A stretch of DNA of 64,000 nucleotides from Macrostomum hystrix (Eukaryota; Animalia; Platyhelminthes): contig CATNEN010000007.1 of NCBI GenBank assembly GCA_950097015.1, positions 3,100,001-3,164,000 on the forward strand, in the 5' to 3' direction. Shown piece by piece: positions 24,801 to 34,500 of the stretch. The notes below the pieces were generated by a model that was not told the origin of the DNA, ran no database searches, and saw nothing but the letters and a program-made list of their open reading frames with translations. Each line of letters starts with the position of its first letter. The stretch's first letter is position 1. A program made the translations under genes and the position numbers.

Positions 24801-27800
24801 GCAAGTGCCTGAATGCTAACAGAGTTGGGTCACGACTGACTATCGTGCCTAATATTTAGGCTTGATCAGTGAAATTGGAGAAATTCGCGTCAGGGTGCCC
24901 GTTGTGGCCTAGCTCCACCTGTTGTAGACCTTGAAGGTCCAGCAGTCCGTCCAGATAACGGTAGGTGACCACCGAAGACGGAGATGATGCAGGCACATTC
25001 GGGTGACATGCTGATCAATTTTGAAGGCCTGGCAAGGCCGCACTGAGGCGCAGTGCAAATTCGTGTATAGGGGTGTATGAAATACATTAGCGCTTATGGG
25101 AAAAATCTGACCTTCGGCCAGAACCATTGAATATCTCGACGGTCTGAAGAGCTGACGAAGCTCGATTCTTGTTTCAGAAGATGCTCAATAAAAAGTTGGC
25201 CCGTGTTCTTGAGTTTCGTGTGCTTGCGTTGCTCCGTTCGGGTGCAGCAAAAATTGTCAGGGCTACAATTCCCACCTTGGTAGTCCCATCTACCGCTAAC
25301 ATATCGCCTTTTGGCAAACCAGAATGTCGGTCGCATGAACTTATCCGTAAAAGTACACGAGCCCATCATTGCAGTTCTGTCTGAATCAAAATATCCATCT
25401 GTGATAAATGGCTTCATCCCATAAAGGTTTTGATTAAAAGCGACTATTTAGTGAAATGTTTAGAAATTTCGCGCCTTCGATGACATTAGGTAATGTGTCA
25501 GGAAAATCCTCGTCAGTCACCAACTCGCCGATTCTTGAAAATCATAATTTATGGATATCCAAAGTAGTAAATGCCCCAATTTCTGATATTTCCTTCATAC
25601 GAAAAGCCCGATTCTACGAACCGCTTTGATGAAATCCCAGATTCTACGAAATCCCAGATTCTACGAAATCCCAGATTCTACGAAATCCCAGATTTTTTCG
25701 AAATCCCAGATTCTATAATATGAAATCCCAGATTCTACGAAATCCCAGATTTTTTCGAAATCCCAGATTTTATCGAAATCCCAGATTCTATAATATGAAA
25801 TCCCAGATTCTACGAAATCCCAGATTCTACGAAATCCCAGATTCTACGAAATCCCAGATTCTACGAAATCCCAGATTCTACGAAATCCCAGATTCTACGA
25901 AATCCCAGATTCTAAGAAATCCCAGATTTTAAGAAATCCCAGATTTTAAGAAAACCCAGATTCTACGAAATCCCAGATTTTAAGAAATCCCAGATTTTAA
26001 GAAATCCCAGATTTTAAGAAATCCCAGATTTTAAGAAAACCCAGATTTCAAGAAATCCCAGATTTTAAGAAATCCCAGATTTTAAGAAATCCCAGATTTT
26101 AAGAAATCCCAGATTTTAAGAAATCCCAGATTTTTTCGAAATCCCAGATTCTATAATATGAAATCCCAGATTCTACGAAATCCCAGATTCTACGAAATCC
26201 CAGATTCTACGAAATCCCAGATTCTACAAAATCCCAGATTCTACGAAATCCCAGATTTTAAGAAATCCCAGATTTTAAGAAAACCCAGATTCTACGAAAT
26301 CCCAGATTTTAAGAAATCCCAGATTTTAAGAAATCACAGATTTTAAGAAATCCCAGATTTTAAGAAATCCCAGATTTTAAGAAATCACAGATTTTAAGAA
26401 ATCCTAGATTCTGAAAATTTCCGATTCAACATAATATCAGATTCTAAAATACGAAATTCCAGGTTTAAAGTCCCAGACTTTAGGAAATCTCTTTTTTCAA
26501 GAAATCCCAGATTTTACGAAATCCCAGGTTTTAAAAATTTTAGATTTCAAGAAATCCCAGATTTTAAGAAAACCCAAGCGTTTTAGAAAGATTTTAGGAA
26601 ATCCCAGGCTCTACAAAATCGAATAGGTTAATAATTCCAATTCATTCAAAATCCCAGCTCTTCTAAGCCAATTTTTCTTCGACATCCCCTGATTTCGTAC
26701 TGCGTATTTCGGCAACACGGGACACACTCCACAATACAAGACTAGTCGCTACTCAGTCAAGCCAGGCTCTGTGACTGACCCTGGTCCAGATGTACTGTCA
26801 GTGGGTTGACCGGAAGTACCAGATCCACTCCAGCTGTAATCAGCCAGAGATAATAGGTACTCACCGGAGGCGCTCTGGAGCGTGCAATCTCGGCACCTCC
26901 CACGCGTGCAATCGCTGACTGGGCCGCCCTCGGAACAAATTATCCTTCGCCCATGCACTTCCTTTAATTATTATCCCCCATTCGGCAGCAGAAGACAAGC
27001 CTTGGCCAATTATCATTATAAAAAACTGTTGATTTGTGCGACACGAAAGCAGAACTGTGCAATGTCAAACCCAAGTATGTGCGTGACTTTGAAAAATTAT
27101 CCCTAACCATTTGAATCTTTTAGCTTTGAGCATACGAGCTAGAACAGTTCGAGCCATGATATGTCATGCAAGAGAACCGAACAGGGCACTCCATTGGCAT
27201 CAGCGCTGCAATATTGATTAATTAATTAGCTTCCCAACAATTTAGTGTCAATACTGTAGTTATCAGACACCATATCTGACGAAACCTTCAGCGCCTTCAA
27301 CCGAATGACTCACCGGTCAATGGCCAAGCCGAGCAAGGTGTACACGGACACGCCCACAGTCAGGATCCGGCAGAAGTAGATGGCCTTGCAAAAGAACAGC
27401 GGAAGCTGGACTCCGAAGCTGCTGACTATGTCGCAGGGCACGAACAGCATCAGGTAGATGCAGTCTGCCGCGGCCAGATTGGCAATGAACAGGTTCGGTA
27501 TCGACCTGAGTCGCCTGTGACTGGCTATGATGTAGATGAGGATGAAATTGCCAGTCAGTCCGACCAGAAACACCAGACTCTGCAGGGAGATGTGAGCCAG
27601 GTGTAGGGCTCCGATCTCCCCCGTGTACACGCTGATGTTCTGGCAGACCGTCGAGTTTGCGCGGTTCACAAACGAAGGCCGCGGCGTGGTTACCCAGGTG
27701 TCCACGGACTCCGTGTTGAATACGTCATGCGACAATACGGCTTCGAACCTGCGGGGGAGGTTTGGGCCATAGACCGTAGAAAGTATCAGACCTGCCTAAC

Positions 27801-27847
27801 AAAAGACTTTCAGCTAATGACATGAGCAAGACTTACTCGCCCGTCAT
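21861..27847 (-). CDS. Neuropeptide GPCR, bombesin/CCHamide/endothelin-receptor-like, 5 exons, ~463 aa
   Basis: Exons 27847-27837, 27748-27314, 23927-23836, 23009-22501 and 22205-21861; all GT-AG, phases consistent, total 1392 nt. Motifs: RSIPNLFIANLAAAD, VSVYTLLGLAIDRC, CYPFP, RRKLAK, SASNPITL. The 11-nt first exon is less certain. Confidence 0.88.
22340..22475 (-). mobile_element. SINE family B, 3' fragment (in the last GPCR intron)
   Basis: GGGCTG-GGG-AA-TGCACATCATTT...CAGTAGACCTGCAGCCAGCG matches 40660-40735. Confidence 0.6.
23110..23455. repeat. 22-23-bp intronic minisatellite (GCCAGTGGGTGAGATTCTCCAT)
   Basis: Direct reading. Confidence 0.92.
24411..24719 (-). mobile_element. SINE family A, full-length tRNA-derived SINE with a CORE-like body
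   Basis: Minus strand shows an A box TAGCCTAGTGG and a B box GTTCGATTCC, then GTGTCCTTTAGCAAGACACTTAAC...AAATGGGTACC (resembles the CORE domain) and an AATCAATTATT tail repeat. Other copies lie at ~19860, ~37265 and ~45315. Confidence 0.8.
24762..25286. mobile_element. Repeat family D: ~525-bp element bounded by 11-bp inverted repeats
   Basis: GGACTACCAAG (24762-24772) and CTTGGTAGTCC (25276-25286). A homologous copy lies at 59217-59776. Confidence 0.7.
25620..26570. repeat. 17-bp minisatellite (GAAATCCCAGATTCTAC / GAAATCCCAGATTTTAA)
   Basis: Direct reading. Confidence 0.95.
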
Positions 27848-28387
27848 TGGGTCCTTCGTCGTCCAGAAGAAGCTAAAATGCGCTCACGATTTGGAAGCCT
27901 CGGATATTTAATTTGTAAATCTAATTTGTAAATGCGCGACAATTCACGCCCAGAATAAGCGATTAGGGATCTAACTATGCCTGTGGCAGTGCACAAGTGG
28001 GTGCGGAGGCCCTATCGAGTGTCTGTCAGGCGCTGACAAGGATCTTATATCAGCTGCTGAACGCCTGGCAGTGGTTGGCGCTGGTTGGAGAAAATTAATT
28101 CCTGACTGGCAACTGGCTCGCAAATTTTGAGGATCGAATTCAACCTGAGAAGAGTCTGCGCCCGAACCAATGGGGATTAGAGAGAGAGAGAGAGGAGCCA
28201 GTCTAGCAGTCGTGCTCTTGCTCCTTTTTTATCCGAAATCTACTTTCCTAGAAATCTGAGCCCGATTCAAAGCTGATGCCGTCTGCTTGGGTGTGAAATG
28301 TGTGCTCACTGGAATTGCAAAAAGGAGCAGACAGAGATCGGGGTGGAAATTGTGCCCATTTAGCTCCATGTTAGCTCAATTGCAACC

Positions 28388-28473
28388 ATGTTGTCATCGC
28401 GCCTGTTGTCATCGCGCCTGTTGTCATCGCGCCTGTTGTCATCGCGCCTGTTGTCATCGCGCCTGTTGTCATC
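28388..28473. repeat. 15-bp tandem repeat (TGTTGTCATCGCGCC)
   Basis: Direct reading, about 6 copies. Confidence 0.9.
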
Positions 28474-28526
28474 GATAAGTGTTGCCATTCAGCATGCGAG
28501 TGCTTCCATTTTTTAGCGAAAAAAAT

Positions 28527-29060
28527 GTCTGACAAGTTATGCTATTGTCTGACACAGTTAGGCTATTGTCTGACACAGTTATGCTATTGTCTGACACAGT
28601 TATGCTATTGTCTGACACAGTTAGGCTATTGTCTGACACAGTTATGCTATTGTCTGACACAGTTATGCTGTTGTCTGACACAGTTGAGCAATTGTCTGAC
28701 ACAGTTATGCTATTGTCTGACACAGTTATGCAATTGTCTGACACAGTTATGCAATTGTCTGACACAGTTATGCGATTGTCTGACACAGTTATGCAATTGT
28801 CTGACACAGTTATGCAATTGTCTGACACAGTTATGCTATTGTCTGACACAGCTATGCTATTGTCTGACACAGTTATGTAACTGTCTGATACAGTTATGTA
28901 ACTGTCTTACACAGTTGTGCAATTGTCTGACACAGTTATGCTATTGTCTGACACAGCTATGCAATTGTCTGACACAGTTATGTAACTGTCTTACACAGTT
29001 GTGCAATTTTCTGACGCAGTTATGCAATTGTCTGACACAGAAATGCAGGTTTCTGACAGA
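28527..29060. repeat. 21-bp minisatellite (TTGTCTGACACAGTTATGC[TA/AA])
   Basis: Direct reading. Confidence 0.95.
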
Positions 29061-29649
29061 CATGCAATAAATTAACTAACGATTTTGATATGGTTAAAAC
29101 AAATTTTAGGGCATGAAGCTGGATTTTATGCAATTTTAATCACCATCTGAACTCTATGCTTTCTAATTCCACAGAATGGCATCGGCCCGAGTCACATGAC
29201 GCGCCTGCTGTCATCGATAAGTGTTGCCATGCAGCATGCGAGTGTTTTCATAATGAAAATCCTTTTTCATTAAAACAGAAAGGCTGCTAAAATTCACCAG
29301 TCAGCTTGCCTCTATTGTTTGCTGTGCTTTTTTATTGCTTTAGAAATCCACTTAGAGTTACACGTTTCTGTGAAAAAATGTATTTAAAATACGAGCGTAT
29401 TTATTTATTTAGAAACCCATGCACAGCATTCAAGAATTTAGCAAAGGCCCGGTACATTTTCTAAGCAATTACGAAGAAGTTTGAACAAATTCAAAGATTT
29501 CTGTTTTTTTCCTTAAAGAGAATGTAAAGCAAATCAGATAAAAAGATTCAATTCTTTGATGCACTACTTTAAGTGGTAAAAATATAACTAACTTCACGTA
29601 AATAACAACAAAAAATATGAAAATAAACTTGCATTCAATATGTTCACTG

Positions 29650-30270
29650 CCGACCTCATCGAACCAAACTTGTCCCCTCGAGTGTGCATTGCTGACTTAT
29701 CTAACCTAGCTCGTCCCCTCGAATGTGCATTGCTACTCATCGAACCCAAAATCTTCCCCTCGAGTGTACATTGCTGACTCATCGAACCCAGCTCGTCCCC
29801 TCGATTTTACATTGTTGACTCATCGAACCCAATTTCTTCCCCTCTAGTGTACATTGCTACTCATCGAACCCAACATCTTTCCCTCGAGTGTACATTGCTA
29901 CTCATCGAATTCAACTTCTTCCCCTCGAGTGTACATTGCTACTCATCGAACCCAACATCTTTCCCTCGAGTGTACATTGCTACTCATCGAATTCAACTTC
30001 TTCCCCTCGAGTGTACATTGCTACTCATCGAACCCAATTTCTTCCCCTCGAGTGTACATTGCTGACTTATCGAACCCAACTTCTTCCCCTCGAGTGTACA
30101 TTGCTGACTTATCGAACCCAACTTCTTCCCCTCGAGTGTACATTGCTGACTTATCGAACCCAACTTCTTCCCCTCAAGTGTACATTGCTACTCATCGAAT
30201 TCAACTTCTTCCCCTCGAGTGTACATTGCTACTCATCGAACCCAACTTGTCCCCTTGAATGTAGATTGCT
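29650..30270. repeat. ~40-bp degenerate minisatellite (CCCCTCGAGTGTACATTGCTACTCATCGAACCCAACTTCTT)
   Basis: Direct reading. Confidence 0.9.
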
Positions 30271-31585
30271 TACAGATAGATGTTTTTACTTATTCAATTA
30301 ATTGCTCTGAATCTTATATGCATAATATATTTATATATACCTATAAATTTTAAATTTCGTTTCGCCAACGAGCAAAACGATACCTTAAGCGACGATAAGG
30401 TCCAGCAATTTTCTAACCCTACTTCAGTTGCTATACGCAATGCCATCAGCAATGGCGCTTTCGTTCGCTATGACTTTGGCTGATTGACTGCGTCAACAAG
30501 CTGCAGATTTTTTTAAATAAGCAACTTCGCAGTCTGCAGAGGTCCTGCGCAAAAAATCGCAGATCGCGCAAAAAGCTTAATCAACACCTTTCATTCTACT
30601 CAGTAAACACATCAGCAAGAAAAATAGTTTCACTTCAAGACTAGTTCTGATAGGATAAATAGCAGACCTGTTTCAACACCACAGACCGGGGCGTGTTGGA
30701 TTTCGCATGCTAATTCTATTCCAAATTATTCTAACTTCAAATTAGTGAGATATAAAATTCTAATTAGCTATGAGCAGCTCAATTAGCAATCAGTTTGACC
30801 CGCCCAATGCTGCAGGTAAGGTTCAGCTCACATGCATATTTATTTCAATAAATATTAACTGCTTCTGTTGTCCTGAAGACAAAGTGCTCCCTGTTGCATA
30901 CTTGAATCTGTTCTTTTTTAGGTCCGCAGGGACTTTCGGTGAAGTTTGACAACTCGGCGGAGCATTCTGTAAGTCTCTTTTTGCTTTGTACCATTGCTTC
31001 AAGAGAGTCGCATTGTGCACGTCTGTTCCAACATTTACGAGTAAAACGAAGTGTAAAAATCTAACAAAAGCCTTATTTGTCCAGCTCGCCATGCTTGTTC
31101 CCCCAGTAACTGAGTGGGAAATTCGCTGCGTGGGATTCCGCGCACTCTTGGGTAGTGAGAGGAACACTATTGGGGAGGCCCGAATGTGCAGTTCTCTTCT
31201 TTTGTTCCTTCTAGAGGACATGGATTGGTCGTTGTTCGTACGGACACGGAAGTGCGGGCATGGCAAGCCAGCTGTTTTAAATGGATTGTAGTTTTTCAAA
31301 TTCAACTGTCTCAAAGTCTCCCCCCACGAGCTGACTCACTGGGTTGGTTGAAACAGGCTGATCTCAGTGAGATTTCGCACAAGTGTAATCCACGCGGTTG
31401 AACAGAAGGCGTCTCTGTTTGGAAAAGAACGCATTTCGCAGTCAAAGACAGAATCTCGAGATCGCGACCAAAAAACCCACACTGATTTCATCTTCTCACA
31501 AACGGATAAGCGAGCGCCTACTTCACTGAAACGCCCGAGTTGAAAAATTACTTTTCAGAATCGTCTCAGCGGCGCCGACACGGAG

Positions 31586-34500
31586 ATGAGCGGCAAGAGG
31601 GTGGATTACACGGCTCTGATGGGTGAGGCATTGTGGATGTTGATAAGATACACGGCTCTGATGGGTGAGGCATTGTGGATGTTGATAAGATACACGGCTC
31701 TGATGAGTGAGGCATTGTGGATGTTGATAGGATACACGGCTCTGATGGGTGAGGCATTGTGAATGTTGATAGGATACACGGCTCTGATGGGTGAGGCATT
31801 GTGAATGTTGATAAGATACACGGCTCTGATGGGTGAGGCATTGTGGATGTTGATAAGATACACGGCTCTGATGGGTGAGGCATTGTGAATGTTGATAGGA
31901 TACACGGCTCTGATGGGTGAGGCATTGTGAATGTTGATAAGATACACGGCTCTGATGGGTGAGGCATTGTGAATGTTGATAAGATACACGGCTCTGATGG
32001 GTGAGGCATTGTGGATGTTGATAGTCTCTGCTCACGTACCGGAGATCCATCGAGTTACCTTCCCACAGAATGTGAGTCGCTAATATTATCAAAATCCAAC
32101 AGGAGCCGCCGAGCCCCCTTCGATGTCAAACGCCGAGTCCGATACGACGGCCGCGGCTCCAGCGTTGCTGCTGGCATCGCCGCCGCACCACCAGCACCAT
32201 CACCAGCACGAGCACCAGCACCAGCGCCTGGCGGACCTGGTTCAAGCTGGCGAGGCCGGCGCTGTCATGGAGGGTGACGACGCCGAGCTGTTCGGCGGAG
32301 GCAGCGACGATGACAGCCAAGCGGCCAGCGACGCTGAAACCGAGCGAAGCGTGCGCGTCCTCCGGCCGGTGTCCACACAGCAGCAGTTCGACGACAGGCA
32401 CGGAGGTCGCCTGGTGCGCCGGCCGCTGCTTCATCGGCTGCGCGATGGCCTGCGCTCGTCCAAGTCGGCCTGCCCGCCTGACAGGAGCCGACTGACAGCC
32501 GCGCTGATGCAGCTGCTGCCCTGCCTGGCCATCATGAAGGAGTACAACCTCAGGGAGTGGCTGCTGCCGGACCTCATCTCCGGTGAGACCGCCGGGTCGA
32601 TTGTACAGTACTGAGTCAGAGGGTCGATAGTCCGATCGTTGAGTTTTGCTATTTCGAATTGGAGTGTTTTTGGTCGTTTTGTCCGGTTAAGGTTAGATTT
32701 TTTTATTTTGTGTTTTGAGTTTGGTTTCAGAATTTGTTTGTTTGTTCTTGAGTAATCTTGAGTAGCGGCTCCGATCAAGGGATAATAGTTCATAGCGTGC
32801 GTTTGTAAAATGCCATTAATAATGCAATATTTGATATCAGATTGCAAGGCAAAGAGATCCTTTACAATGTTCCCAATTCGCAGGCCTCACGGTGGGCATC
32901 ATGCACATTCCGCAGGGCATGGCCTACGCCTTCCTGGCCGAGCTGCCGCCCTACCTGGGCCTGTACACCTCATTCTTTCCTCCGCTGATCTACTTCTTCT
33001 TTGGCACCTCGCGTCAGGTGTCAATCGGCACCCTGGCCATTGTATCCCTGCTCACTGGCGGACTCATCCGGAAAAATTTCCCCGCGGTTGAAGCGCCACT
33101 GGCTGCGGCCAATGAGACTTTTGAGCTGGCAAGCAATGGCACTGGACTGGCCGCGGATGACTTCTGGGGATCTGATCCCCTGATTAGGAGTAGGGTTTCG
33201 CTGGCCTGCGCCACCTGCCTGTGCGTGGGACTCATACAGGTGAGAGCTTGTAGCTCAGTGATTAGGGACTTGGACTTCTGACATACAGGTCTGGAGTTCG
33301 AATCTTAGTCTCACCTAAGATTGGGTTGGGGAGTCAATGCCGCGTAAAATCACTGACTGGGTTGAGGGTAAGTGCCGTACTGGGTTGGGGGTAAGTGCCG
33401 TACTGGGTTGAGGGTAAGTGCCGTACTGGGTTGAGGGTAAGTGCCGTACTGGGTTGAGGGAAAGTGCCGTACTGGGTTGGGGGTAAGTGCCGTACTGGGT
33501 TGGGGGTAAGTGCCGTACTGGGTTGATGGTAAGTGCCGTACTGGGTTGGGGGTAATTGCTGTACTGAGTTGGGGCGCACGAATTCCCGCAGCTTCTCATG
33601 GGATTGCTGCGGCTGGGCTTCCTGACCCGCTACCTGAGCGACCCGCTGATCTCAGGCTTCACAATGGGCGTGGCGGTGCACGTGTTCTCAAGCCAGATCA
33701 AATACGTGCTGGGTATCAATGTTCCCGGCAGGAATGGAGTCGCCAGTCTGCCTTTGGTGAGTTGGCTGAGTCTGTAAGGCAAGCGTCTAGCTGGAGGACG
33801 ATTGAGGATAAAGCAACGGTCTTTATTATTATGTAGTCTTTGTAAAAGTGATCGCTACTCAATTTCCAGCACTACTACGACCTGGCCTGCAACATCAACC
33901 AGACAAACTTTGTCACCCTGGGCATCGCTGGCGTCTCTATTGTGATCCTGTACGTCACCAAGGAGTTCGTGAATCCGCGAGTGCGCAAGAAGATTAAGGC
34001 TCCACTGCCCACCGAGCTGCTCATTGTGAGAGACCGGGAGGGTGGGAGAGACGGAGAGGGGAAGTGGGTCGAGTCGGAGTTAAGGGAGAGGGGGGTGGGG
34101 ATTCGGATAGGGGGAGTGGGGATTCGGATAGGGAGAGAGAGGATTCGGATAGGGGGAGAGAGGATTCGGATAGGGGGAGAGAGGATTCGGATAGGGGGAG
34201 AGAGGATTCGGATAGGGGGGAGAGGATTCGGATAGGGGGAGAGAGGATTCGGATAGGGGGGAGAGAGGATTCGGATAGTGAGAGTGGGGGTTTGCAGATA
34301 AATAATGAGGAGCCGGAGAGTCTTGGGAAATCAGAGAGGTTTTGGGTGGCCCAGTCGAACGTCTCATGGCGACACTTCCTGAAATGACAATAAATGGAGC
34401 TAACTAGTGTGCCTACAACCTTGCAGGTTACACTGGGCACTGTAATTTCCTACGCTTTCGACTTAAAGAAGAAGTACAATGTGAAAATTGTGGGCACAAT

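Noticed and set aside
30823-31314. 163-aa minus-strand ORF and overlapping plus-strand ORFs
   Set aside because: No recognisable motif or splice-consistent partner exons. It might be a decayed transposon, but that cannot be supported.
33240-33313. Functional tRNA gene
   Set aside because: The acceptor, D and T stems do not pair in register; treated as a degenerate tRNA-derived head.
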